A stretch of DNA of 64,000 nt. Origin: an uncultured Chloroflexia bacterium. Lineage in GTDB: Bacteria > Chloroflexota > Limnocylindria > Limnocylindrales > CSP1-4. Positions 1 through 9,097 of the stretch are shown piece after piece. The stretch's first letter is position 1, and every line of letters starts with the position of its first letter. Below the pieces are notes generated by a model. It saw only the letters and a program-made list of their open reading frames with translations. It had not been told where the DNA came from and did no database searches. Position numbers and translations under genes: made by a program. Location: positions 128,001 to 192,000 of the forward strand of contig CAWEZH010000003.1 of NCBI GenBank assembly GCA_963813535.1. Direction: 5' to 3'.

Positions 1-1647
1 CACGGCATCCGGACCCGGTGCGGTCTCGACCCACAACGTGTGGGCCTGGACGTCGAGCAGGAACCAGCCCGATCCGAACCAGCGCGAGACGTCGACGATG
101 CCGCTCGCCTCCCAGCTGCCGGCGTTGCCCAGCCCGAACCCGGCCGGTACGACGGCACCCGGGTTGCGAACCGTCGGGTCACGATCGGTCAGTCCCTGGT
201 CGGCGGACTGATCGACCTTGAATGCGACCTCCATCGTGCCCTTCTTCGGGCCGGCGAAGTGGTACCACCAGACGCGCGCCGTGTTGCCGGTGGCGATCGG
301 GTACTGATTGGCGCTCGACGGATCCTCGGTGATCAGGAGGCTGTTCCTAGTGGCCTCGAGGTTGTCGGGCTGATGGATGGCCGCCAGCGACGCTGCCGGG
401 TCCTGGCTCGCCAACGGGATGTGATCACCCTCGATGAGGATCGACAAGCTCTTCACCTTCCGCGGATCTCGCGGGTCGATGACCATCTTCCAGATGCGCC
501 CGTTGCGCGACGCGAACGTGGCCGGTGTCTGGCTCCGTGTCCCGTCGGGGTTGTACGTGACGCCCGTTCCGACGGCCGCGTTCGCACGTCCGGAGTCCGC
601 GATGTAGACGACGTTCGGGTCGTGCCGGTCGGTGGCGATGTCCTCGACACGCACGAACTCGAACACGCCGGCCGCATCCGAGGCGTTCTCGAGCGCGGTC
701 TGATCGCCCTTGGCGGCCGCGTCCGGGATCTGGACGAACTCGCCCTCGATGCTCGTACCCGCGTTCGGGACGAAGTCGTAGTAGTCGTTGTAGGTCTTCC
801 AGTCCTTCGCGCGGAAACCCCATAGCGCGCCCTGGTCGTTCCAGACGGCGTCGGCATCCTTCGCGAAATAGCCGTACACCTGTGACTGGGCTGGGTTCGT
901 GGTGAACGTGTCATCACCGGTCAGGAGCAGGATCTCGCGCAGGCCGGGGATGGCCACGCTGTTCTCGTGGTTGAGCCGACCCATGCCGTAGATGGGCTTG
1001 CGGGCTCCGCTGGTGACGTCATAGGCCACGACGACGCCGGTCTGCTCGGCGTTCGGCGTTCCGGGCGGGATGGGCTGGGTCCATTCGGGGCCCTGCCCCT
1101 GGCGGAAGACGAAGTCCGTCGCCTCCTCGTTCGTGAACAGGATGTCGCGCGAGAACCCGTGCTCGCGGGTCGCCAGGAAATTGGAGCAGAACCGATGGAA
1201 CCGATCCGCCGACGTGATGACCATGCTGGCATCGAGAACGGCACCGTCATCGCGTGACAGGACCAGGCGGCTCAGCTGCGAGTTGTCGAAGTCGTTGAGG
1301 GAGTTCTCCTGCGTCGGCCCTGCGGCGACATACGGGAATGCCACCGTCGACGTTTCGTGGTTGACGAAGACCTCCACCGAGTCGCGTGGCCCACGCCGGA
1401 CTGCGATCCCGTCGGGGATCGACTCGAACCGATAGTTCCCGAGGACTTCGCCGGCGGTGATGAGCGCATGCGCTCGCGCTCCTGCGGCGACCGGGGTCAG
1501 CATCTCGTCCTGCCCGGTCAGGTAGCCGCGTCGTGAGCCAGGTGCCGCAGCAGCCGGACCTGCGATGCCGGCAAGGAGCACCACGGCGCCGGCCAGTGCG
1601 ATGAGCCGTGCACGGGTGCTGGAACCACGGATCGTGGGCGTTTGCAT
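1..1647 (-). CDS. Secreted PhoX/DUF839-like alkaline phosphatase (3' end runs off the window)
   Basis: Not in the ORF track because there is no stop in the window. Translated by hand from ATG 1647 after a GGAGGAGG RBS. It has a signal peptide (LIALAGAVVLLAGIAGPAAA) and the motifs PDG, VNHE, RFCS, MGRLNHEN, FVRVEDIA, QPDNL, ITED, WEASGIVD and DVQAH. Confidence 0.75.
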   Translation of the reverse strand, partial: MQTPTIRGSSTRARLIALAGAVVLLAGIAGPAAAAPGSRRGYLTGQDEMLTPVAAGARAHALITAGEVLGNYRFESIPDGIAVRRGPRDSVEVFVNHETSTVAFPYVAAGPTQENSLNDFDNSQLSRLVLSRDDGAVLDASMVITSADRFHRFCSNFLATREHGFSRDILFTNEEATDFVFRQGQGPEWTQPIPPGTPNAEQTGVVVAYDVTSGARKPIYGMGRLNHENSVAIPGLREILLLTGDDTFTTNPAQSQVYGYFAKDADAVWNDQGALWGFRAKDWKTYNDYYDFVPNAGTSIEGEFVQIPDAAAKGDQTALENASDAAGVFEFVRVEDIATDRHDPNVVYIADSGRANAAVGTGVTYNPDGTRSQTPATFASRNGRIWKMVIDPRDPRKVKSLSILIEGDHIPLASQDPAASLAAIHQPDNLEATRNSLLITEDPSSANQYPIATGNTARVWWYHFAGPKKGTMEVAFKVDQSADQGLTDRDPTVRNPGAVVPAGFGLGNAGSWEASGIVDVSRWFGSGWFLLDVQAHTLWVETAPGPDAV

Positions 1648-1799
1648 GGGCCTCCTCCTCGCGGATCGTGCGGTCGGGGGACTGCCGGGGGTCGATCCAT
1701 GGTGCGCCTGTGGCCGGGATGGAGGCAACCGGGCGCTCGGTTCAGCGACCTGGCCTGGTGACCGATCGCACCGCTTTCTGGTTGCTCGAAACGCTGCGC

Positions 1800-3479
1800 C
1801 TAGGCCGGCGTGGCGACCCAGGTCGGGAGCTCCCGGGCGAGCGTGGCGAGGGGCAGGGAGCCGTGGCCGAGCACCTGGTCGTGGAACTCGCGCAGGTCGA
1901 AGCGGGACCCGTCTCGCTCCTCGATCTGGCGTCGCAGGTCCTGGATCTGGCGCTTGCCGAGCATGTACGTCAGCGCCTGGCCTGGCCAGCAGATGTACCG
2001 ATCGGTCTCGATGACGGCGTCGGTCTCGGACAGGCCGGCATCGTTGCGCAGGAAGTCGATCGACCGCTGGCGCTCCCAGTGCTTGGCGTGCAGCCCGGTA
2101 TCGACGACCAGCCGTGCCGCCCGCCACGCCTGTGCATCGAGCATGCCGAAGCGCTCGGCCTCTGACCGGTAGAGCCCCATCTCGTCGGCCAGGCGTTCGC
2201 TGTACAGCCCCCAGCCCTCGACGTAGGCGCCGCCGACCATCCGTGACCCGAGCCGACGGAAGGTGATGAGATCCGGGTTCTCCATCTCGAGCGCGATCTG
2301 GAAATGGTGACCCGGCGCCGCCTCATGGTAGGTCGTCGACGCGAGCTTCGTGTACGAGCGCGACTCGAGGTCGTAGCCGTTCGCGTAGTAGATGCCGTCG
2401 CGGTCGCCGTTGGCAGACGGCGGGTAGTAGTACGCGAAGGGCGCGTCCTTCTCCTTGTACTCCTCGACCGGGCGGACCTCGAGGCCGGCCTTCGGAAGCA
2501 CGCCGAAGTAGCGCGGTGCCTCGGCCATGGCGCGGTCGATATCCTCGCGGGCACGCTCGACGAGTTCGTCCTTCGTGGCCGGGGTGTTGCCGGGCATGGT
2601 GCTGAGAGACGCACGGTAGGCGGCCATGTCGTCGCCGAAGCCGGCGGCGCGGGCGATCGCCCGGCGCTCGTCATCGATCGACTCGAGCTCCTCGAGACCG
2701 ATCCGGTGGATCTCCTCGGGGTCCATCTCGAGCGTGGTCCAGCTCCTGATCGCGGTCCGGTAGATCGCCTCGCCGTTCGGCGCCGACCAGATCCCGGGCT
2801 CCTCGCGGCTGGCGTGGCGGTATTCACCCTGGAGGGCCTCCAGGAACGCCGCGTCGGCCGGGTAGACCACATCGCGGACGACGTCGCGGATCCGCTCGCG
2901 ATCGGCATCGGACGCGCCCTGCACGCTGCCCGGCACGATGGCCGCGTCGATCGGGATGGCAAGCATCCGCTCGAGCTGGGCGATCACGCGCTCGGTCACG
3001 ATCGAGGGCGCGGTGAGGCCGCTGCCGAGCGCCTCGCGCAGGATGTCGGTGTTGGCAGCCATGTAGGCCGGATAGGCGTGCAGACGACCGATGAACGCCT
3101 CGAGACGCTCAGGCGTGTCGACCGGCTGGAATGCGGTCAATTGGGGCAGCAGCTGCTGCGGGCCGCCCATCTGGTCGACGACACGCAGCTGGTGCAGCCC
3201 GTGGTCATCCTCCTCGACCCCGAGCTCCCCGATGACCTGGAGCATGTCGCGCGTGATGCGCTCCTCGGTCGACAACGCCTCGACCGGGATCGCGGCCGCC
3301 GCGGCCGCCGTGTGCTCCATGTGCTCGCGCGTCCGGGCTCGCCCTGCGGGTGACGGGTCCTCGAGTCGGTCGGCATATCGCGAATCGCCGTAGAACGTGG
3401 CGGTCGTCGGGTTGAGCTCGAGGATGCCTTCCCAAAATCGATGGGCGAGGTCGTTGACGGCAGACGGCTGATCGGTCAC
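1800..3479 (-). CDS. DUF885 family protein (putative zinc metallopeptidase)
   Basis: Motifs HEAAPGHHFQ, EGWGLYSE, RAARLVVDTGLH, DRYICWPGQALTY and FDLREFHD. Likely GTG start at 3479 with a GAGG RBS. Confidence 0.9.
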   Translation of the reverse strand: MTDQPSAVNDLAHRFWEGILELNPTTATFYGDSRYADRLEDPSPAGRARTREHMEHTAAAAAAIPVEALSTEERITRDMLQVIGELGVEEDDHGLHQLRVVDQMGGPQQLLPQLTAFQPVDTPERLEAFIGRLHAYPAYMAANTDILREALGSGLTAPSIVTERVIAQLERMLAIPIDAAIVPGSVQGASDADRERIRDVVRDVVYPADAAFLEALQGEYRHASREEPGIWSAPNGEAIYRTAIRSWTTLEMDPEEIHRIGLEELESIDDERRAIARAAGFGDDMAAYRASLSTMPGNTPATKDELVERAREDIDRAMAEAPRYFGVLPKAGLEVRPVEEYKEKDAPFAYYYPPSANGDRDGIYYANGYDLESRSYTKLASTTYHEAAPGHHFQIALEMENPDLITFRRLGSRMVGGAYVEGWGLYSERLADEMGLYRSEAERFGMLDAQAWRAARLVVDTGLHAKHWERQRSIDFLRNDAGLSETDAVIETDRYICWPGQALTYMLGKRQIQDLRRQIEERDGSRFDLREFHDQVLGHGSLPLATLARELPTWVATPA

Positions 3480-3537
3480 GAAACAAGCCTCTCGGTGAGC
3501 CGGTGGGGGTCGGCGGCTAGGGTAGCGGGCGACGCGT

Positions 3538-6321
3538 TCAGCCGCCGAAGAGCGGCATCTGCTCACCGCCGCGCTCGACGACCGGGTCGAGTCCGAGCAG
3601 CGGTTCGAGCTCGTCGAGGTCGGGCTGTTCCGTCGCCAGGAACGTTCGCAAGTGGTCCCACTTGATGATGTTCCAGCCGTGCTCCTCGATGGCTGCGCGG
3701 AGGAGCGGCGACCGGTCGAGCTTGTGGCGGATGAGGTCGGTCCGTTCCGGGGCGACCACGAGGAACCGCACGAATCGCTCGTCGGCACCGATCCGGGCGT
3801 GGCGGCGCAGCAGTGGTTCGCCGAGCATGGCGGTCCATTCGACCTCGAACATCAAGGCCATCTTGCCGCGGATGTACCAGATCGCATCGACCTGCGACAG
3901 CGCGTCGACCGCCTTGCCGATGCTGCCCAGGTAGGCGCCCTTCTCCCGTTCGTCGAGCAGATCCCCGAGGTGGCCCTTCTCGTGTCGACGCGCCTGCTCG
4001 CGCTCGGCGATCCAGACCCGCAGCCCGAGACGGTGCCCCGCCTCGGCGATCGTGGCAAGGAGCTCGGTGTGCTCCTGGCTGCGACGCAGCAGGTCGTCGC
4101 TCGTGACGAGGTGGTCGGGTGTGCTGGCGAGGCTGCGATAGCTATCGAGACAGGCACGTACGAGCGTCTCGTCCGGCAGGTCATGACCGGTGAACAGGGT
4201 CGCGATGCGATCGTAGAACGCGGTCTCGGACAGCGGACCGGCCGTCGACAGCAGGCTGAAGACCGCCCACTCCACGCGATCGGCGAGGGGCTGCGCCGCA
4301 GCGTCCCGATCGGCCGCCTCGGCCAGCCACCAGCGACCCGGCTCGATCTCGGTGAGCCGGCGCTGGTCAGGTCGCGTGAGCTCATCGCGGATGAGCGCCA
4401 GCAGCCGCTCGACGGGGTCGGGCGCCGGGTCGACGACCGCGGCTGCTCGCCGGGTCGCGACCGGTGGCCCGGAACCGCCCTCGGCGAGCTCGGCCGCGGG
4501 CCGCGCGGCTGGGCCGCCGGACGGCGCAGCGGGTGGCATCGTCGGCGTCGCAGGGTCCGTCGTCGGCGGTCTCGGATCGTCGGTGCGGGGGGCGGGCGGA
4601 TCGGTCGGTCGTCCACCGGTCGACAGGCGGCGCAAATGACCCGACCGGTCGAGCCCGACGAGGATCTCGCCGAACAATCGCTCCATGCGCGCGGGCTCAC
4701 CACGAGCGCGCAACGTCTCGATCGCCGCCTCGGACACGACCTTCGCGGCGTCGGACGGGGAGAATGGCCGCTGGTCGAATCGCTCGGGTGGCGCGAACAG
4801 GCCCTTGCCGGGCACGATCTCGGGGTCACCCGATCCACCCGGGGCGTATGGCAGCGCGACGTTCGCACGCGTTCGAGGTCCGGGCGGGATGGCCGCTCCG
4901 GGAGGCACGAGCTCGACCACGCCGGCACCGGCGTCATCCGGATCCGACTGGCGGGCCACGACCACGCGGTACCCGGCCGACGCCCCACCGAGCGCGACGG
5001 CGGCCAGCGCCTCTGCGCCACCATCCACCAGCTGGACGACACGCCCATCGCGCGCCATCGACGGCTCGACCGCCGCCAGCGAGCGACCGACGGTCACCGC
5101 CTGCCAGGACCAGGGTGCGCGAAGCGACGCGTCCGCGAGCGCATCGATGGGCAGGAGGGCGGCGGCTTCACGTCCAAGGGTCCAGGCGGTGCCGTGGTAG
5201 GCGACCGCGAGACGATCGAGGCTCGGGCGCATCGGCGGCTGACCGAGGACGAGCCGGATCCTCGGCGTCGGACCGCCGGTCCGGCCGAACCCGTCGCCGT
5301 CGCTGAGCGCCCGAACGGCGGATGGACTCGCGACCGCCAGCACGGCCGTCGCCGACCCCTCGGACAACGCCTGCAGGTCCTCGCCGAGACGAGCCTGCAG
5401 CGGGCCGAGCGCGCCGCCTTCGAGATGCTGGACGAAGCCGCGAACGGTCCGGAACCCCTCCTCGAACGCCAGCCACGGGTTGCGCTCCCGCCACTGGGCG
5501 GCGGCGGGCAACCGTACGCGGCCGCCGGCGACGCGCAGGGCGCCGCCGCGACCGGCGCCGGTCGCCAGCCGGCTCGATGGGATCAGCGCGTGGAGCACGG
5601 CCAGGCGGAGTGCCGCGAGGACAGGCGCCGCGCGGAGGTCGGCCTCGATGCGCTCCATGATCGCGGTGAGCGCCAGGAGCTGGCGAGGCGTGTGCAGATC
5701 GAGCAGCTCGTCGACCAGATCGGGGGCACCATCGACGATCGGGAAGCGATCACGTGCCCATGCCCGGGACGCGCCACCGTCGGGATCCTTCAGCGCCCGT
5801 TCGAGGTCGTCAGGCTCCAGCTCGCCGAGCCGCGCCTCGGAGCCACCGCGCATGTCGCGGCAGACCGTGCATCGGTAGTGGCGCTGGATCGGCCTCGCCG
5901 GCGACTCGCCGTCGGTCGACCAGGTGAACTCATCGGCGACGAGCATCCGCCCGCAGGTCGCGCAGCGAGTCGCGAACAGGTCGCCCATCGACACCTTGAG
6001 GCTCAATTCGCCGCGGGGCGAGGCGGACATGCCCTGGAACGCGGCATCGAGATGGCGGACGTCTGGCGGGCGCAGGACGACCTCGGCCAGCATCCGCGTG
6101 AGCGGGCTAGATTCGATCGAGACGGCACGACGCTGACGATCGACCGCGGCGCGCGCCACCCAGCCGCCCCGACCGGCCAGATCGGCGACAACGTCGCCGG
6201 GTCCGGTGTGGGCTTCGATGCGTGCGGCGAGCAGCGCCGATGGCGGCGCCGGGGCAAGGCGCTCGAAGACCGGCAGGTTGCCGCCCACGTCGACGCGTGA
6301 GGCGTGAAGACGGGCAGCCAT
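3538..6321 (-). CDS. Large DNA-methyltransferase-like protein with Zn ribbon, degenerate MTase motifs and a C-terminal PD-(D/E)xK-like domain
   Basis: DLAGRGG (motif I-like), CATC...CTVC, VLGQPP (motif IV-like), VDAIW...FEVEWT and terminal QMPLFGG. Start chosen from a TAGCAT -10 element 7 nt upstream. Confidence 0.6.
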   Translation of the reverse strand: MAARLHASRVDVGGNLPVFERLAPAPPSALLAARIEAHTGPGDVVADLAGRGGWVARAAVDRQRRAVSIESSPLTRMLAEVVLRPPDVRHLDAAFQGMSASPRGELSLKVSMGDLFATRCATCGRMLVADEFTWSTDGESPARPIQRHYRCTVCRDMRGGSEARLGELEPDDLERALKDPDGGASRAWARDRFPIVDGAPDLVDELLDLHTPRQLLALTAIMERIEADLRAAPVLAALRLAVLHALIPSSRLATGAGRGGALRVAGGRVRLPAAAQWRERNPWLAFEEGFRTVRGFVQHLEGGALGPLQARLGEDLQALSEGSATAVLAVASPSAVRALSDGDGFGRTGGPTPRIRLVLGQPPMRPSLDRLAVAYHGTAWTLGREAAALLPIDALADASLRAPWSWQAVTVGRSLAAVEPSMARDGRVVQLVDGGAEALAAVALGGASAGYRVVVARQSDPDDAGAGVVELVPPGAAIPPGPRTRANVALPYAPGGSGDPEIVPGKGLFAPPERFDQRPFSPSDAAKVVSEAAIETLRARGEPARMERLFGEILVGLDRSGHLRRLSTGGRPTDPPAPRTDDPRPPTTDPATPTMPPAAPSGGPAARPAAELAEGGSGPPVATRRAAAVVDPAPDPVERLLALIRDELTRPDQRRLTEIEPGRWWLAEAADRDAAAQPLADRVEWAVFSLLSTAGPLSETAFYDRIATLFTGHDLPDETLVRACLDSYRSLASTPDHLVTSDDLLRRSQEHTELLATIAEAGHRLGLRVWIAEREQARRHEKGHLGDLLDEREKGAYLGSIGKAVDALSQVDAIWYIRGKMALMFEVEWTAMLGEPLLRRHARIGADERFVRFLVVAPERTDLIRHKLDRSPLLRAAIEEHGWNIIKWDHLRTFLATEQPDLDELEPLLGLDPVVERGGEQMPLFGG

Positions 6322-6365
6322 CTGCGGAATGCTACCTCCCCTGTGCCAGCCCGCCCCCCTGGGCG

Positions 6366-6394
6366 TTGCCGTCGGCCTTGCCAACCCCTACGCT
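6366..6394 (+). promoter_or_regulatory. Sigma70-type promoter of the leaderless DinB-family gene
   Basis: TTGCCG-N17-TACGCT, 6 nt before ATG 6401, with no SD sequence. Confidence 0.6.
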
Positions 6395-6400
6395 CGGACC

Positions 6401-7267
6401 ATGACGACCCCCGCCACCGGTGTCGACCTGGACACGCTCAGGGAGACGATCCAGACGGCCCTTCTCGACTTCGCGACGGTCACGGACGATGTCCTGGAAC
6501 GGCCCTGGGAATGGCCCGAGCACGGTGAGTTGGAGGTGCGCTACGGCTTCTTCCACACCCTGCTCGATCTCGAAGGGACCGCGGCCGAGATCTCCCGGTC
6601 GGGAGACGACCGGACACGCGCTCGATCGATCGTCACGCCCACAGCGGTCGCCGCGTGGGACCTGGTCGCGCTCCTGGCGACGCTCGATGAGGACGACCTC
6701 GACCGGGACCCGGGCGGTGGCGAGTGGACGGCTCGCCGCGCCATCTCCCACATGCTCACGAGCCAGCGTTCATACGCGATCTACACCGACTGGTGGCGCC
6801 AGCAGCGGCTCCCGGCGGACACGCGACCCGTCCCCGAACCACCGGACGACCTCGACGAGCCGGACCAGGAGGAGATCGCGGCCGACGGCTCGCTCGGTGA
6901 TCTGCGTCGGCGGATCCATGCCTACATCGACGAGGCCGCGGCCCGGCTCGCCGATCTCGACGACGCCGAGCTGGACCTCCTGGGCCGCTGGTCGGAGCTA
7001 CCGGTCACGATCGCCTTCCGACAGGGCCGCTGGTCGCCGCACATCGTCGAGCACACGATCCAGGTCGACAAGACGCTGGTGATGCTCGGCCGGCGACCGA
7101 CCGAAGTGGACCGCCTGTTGCGGCGAGTCGGCGTCGCGTGGGGCGCCATCGAGTCGACGCTGTGGCCTATCCCGGCGAACGACGCAGCGCTGTCGCTGGC
7201 TGCGGCCGCCGCCGCCCGGACCGCGGCGACCGCCGCAGGTGTGAAGGCGACCGCCGATCGGGGCTAG
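6401..7267 (+). CDS. DinB/YfiT-superfamily protein (putative thiol transferase)
   Basis: GEWTARRAISHM and HIVEHTIQV metal-binding His pattern. Confidence 0.75.
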   Translation: MTTPATGVDLDTLRETIQTALLDFATVTDDVLERPWEWPEHGELEVRYGFFHTLLDLEGTAAEISRSGDDRTRARSIVTPTAVAAWDLVALLATLDEDDLDRDPGGGEWTARRAISHMLTSQRSYAIYTDWWRQQRLPADTRPVPEPPDDLDEPDQEEIAADGSLGDLRRRIHAYIDEAAARLADLDDAELDLLGRWSELPVTIAFRQGRWSPHIVEHTIQVDKTLVMLGRRPTEVDRLLRRVGVAWGAIESTLWPIPANDAALSLAAAAAARTAATAAGVKATADRG

Positions 7268-7276
7268 CTCTCCGGG

Positions 7277-8134
7277 CTACGCCTCGTCGAGGTCGTCGGT
7301 CTCTTCCTCGAAGGCCTCGTCCGTCGTCGATTCCGGCGGGAGCACGCGGTCGAGGTCCTCGATCTCCTCGTCCTCCTCGTCGTCCTCGAGATCGTCCTCG
7401 AGCTCCATCTCCTCGCGGACGAGGGTGCCCTTGGTGTAGGGCCGCAGGTCGGTCGACTTGGCTGCCGTCGGGAAGCTGACCTTGCCGTAGTTGCTCGGAT
7501 CCTGGAAGGTCTCGCGGATGATGAGGCGGACGTCCTTGTCGCCGAGGCTGGTGACGCCCGCGGCGTACTTGTTGCCATCGGCCATCAGCTTCAGCAGGCG
7601 GGCGGCGACCCGCGGCTCCACGACGCCGATGCGCATGCCGTTGGAGTACGCGATGAGACGCGTCTTTTCCGGGACCAGCTCGACGGCGTCGCCGGGGTTG
7701 ACCTGGGCGAGCTCCTTGGGCGAGGCGAGGTCGGTCAGGTACGCGAAGCCGGTCTTGCCGGTCTCCTCGACGAAGATGCTGACCGGGGCCTTGCTGCCGT
7801 CAGCTGCGGGCACGGTTCGCTCGCCGGCGGCGTTGAGCAGGACCTTGAGCCGGTCGATGTTGCGCTCGGCGATGCGGTTCGTCGGGTCGAGGGCGAGCGC
7901 GGTCTGATAGTGCTCGCGCGCCTCGGCCAGCATGCCCAGCTCCCAGAGGGCCTTGGCGAGACGGTTCTCGGCCTCCGGGTCGGGGCCCAGCTCCAGCAGC
8001 TTGCGATTCGTCTCCGCGGCCTCCTCCCAACCGGCGGCCGACGCCTGGGCGATCGCCTGCTCGGCCAGCTGGCGCTTGGTACGCGTCAGGTTGACCGGGC
8101 TCTGCGGTGTGGTCTCGACATCAGGGAACGTCAC
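7277..8134 (-). CDS. TPR protein with HIRAN-like domain and acidic tail
   Basis: TPR helices (AENRLAKALWELG...YQTALALDPTNRIA), FVEETGKT, GDAVELVPE...IGVVEPRVAARLLKLM..G.KY, and a D/E-rich C-terminus. The start is approximate. Confidence 0.75.
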   Translation of the reverse strand: MTFPDVETTPQSPVNLTRTKRQLAEQAIAQASAAGWEEAAETNRKLLELGPDPEAENRLAKALWELGMLAEAREHYQTALALDPTNRIAERNIDRLKVLLNAAGERTVPAADGSKAPVSIFVEETGKTGFAYLTDLASPKELAQVNPGDAVELVPEKTRLIAYSNGMRIGVVEPRVAARLLKLMADGNKYAAGVTSLGDKDVRLIIRETFQDPSNYGKVSFPTAAKSTDLRPYTKGTLVREEMELEDDLEDDEEDEEIEDLDRVLPPESTTDEAFEEETDDLDEA

Positions 8135-8240
8135 GGGGCGGAAGTCCTTTCGGGGGCGGTCCGGGGCTCCGCTTTCTAGCACTGGTGGCGAGCGCCGTCA
8201 AACGAGGGCGGCCGAGCCGGTCGGTCGGTCGGTGCTTCGG

Positions 8241-9068
8241 CTACTCGCGGATCAGCAGGTTCAGCCCGACGACGGCCACCCCCAGGATGGCGAGCAGGAC
8301 CGTCTGCCACAGCCAGCGCACGTCGCGGCGACGGGACGGACTGGCGGCGTGGAACGCGTCCCACAGGTAGAACGTGAGGGTGAGCAGCGCCGGCCCCATC
8401 AGCCGCGGGATCTGCACGAAGCGAAGGGCCGCGGCGGCGATCGCGATGGCGATGCCGTACGTGGCCGCGGACCACAGGGCGTCGCGCAGGGTCGAGACCC
8501 GTAGCGCCGCGGCCCGATAGCCCAGCAGGAACGCGACCGCGGCGTCACCCGTCGCGAGGACGAGGAGGTCGCGGCGGGGCAGGGCCTGGCCCGCGATGCC
8601 GGACGTGCCGGGTTGGGCGAGGCCGCCGGGGACGGTGGCCGCAACGCCGACGAACGCCAGGAACCCCACGACGAGGATGGTGACGAGGACGGTCGTGCGG
8701 CCGTCCTGGTCGAGGCCACCGGTGGACGACAGGATCCGCGCCTCGAGGGCGAGACAGCGCTCGACGATGACGCCTGTCACCAGCAGCGCCGGCACCAGTG
8801 CCAGCCCAAAGGGCACGAGCCGGATCGCGCCGAGACAGGCGACCGCGGCGACGGCCGGGAGGATGAGCGACTCGATGGGGATACCGAGCGCGTGGTCGGC
8901 GGCATCGGCCGTCTCATCGTTGAGGACCTGGAGGCTGCCGAGGATCACGGCGCCCAGCAGGAAGATCGCCACGAGCCAGACACCAGGCGGCTCGATCAGG
9001 CGCGACAGGCCGACGATCGTGACCGCGGCGAGCGCGAGGTCGCGACGGCCAGCCCGATCGTCCTGCAT
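8241..9068 (-). CDS. Multi-pass membrane protein (DUF5656-like)
   Basis: About 8 hydrophobic segments starting at MQDDRAGRRDLALAAV. TACCAT lies 7 nt upstream. The longer ORF-track extension overlaps polX and is spurious. Confidence 0.65.
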   Translation of the reverse strand: MQDDRAGRRDLALAAVTIVGLSRLIEPPGVWLVAIFLLGAVILGSLQVLNDETADAADHALGIPIESLILPAVAAVACLGAIRLVPFGLALVPALLVTGVIVERCLALEARILSSTGGLDQDGRTTVLVTILVVGFLAFVGVAATVPGGLAQPGTSGIAGQALPRRDLLVLATGDAAVAFLLGYRAAALRVSTLRDALWSAATYGIAIAIAAAALRFVQIPRLMGPALLTLTFYLWDAFHAASPSRRRDVRWLWQTVLLAILGVAVVGLNLLIRE

Positions 9069-9097
9069 CGCGGCGATGGTACGCGAGGCGCCGGCGG

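Noticed and set aside
3652-6300. Long antisense ORFs (e.g. 3652-6300, 9215-11533, 21531-24113, 24645-26975, 52013-54133)
   Set aside because: These are shadow ORFs opposite well-supported genes. They are expected at high GC and carry no motifs.
3538-6321. Active restriction-modification or BREX/DISARM defence locus
   Set aside because: The catalytic motifs are degenerate, there are no partner genes, and the context is housekeeping genes.
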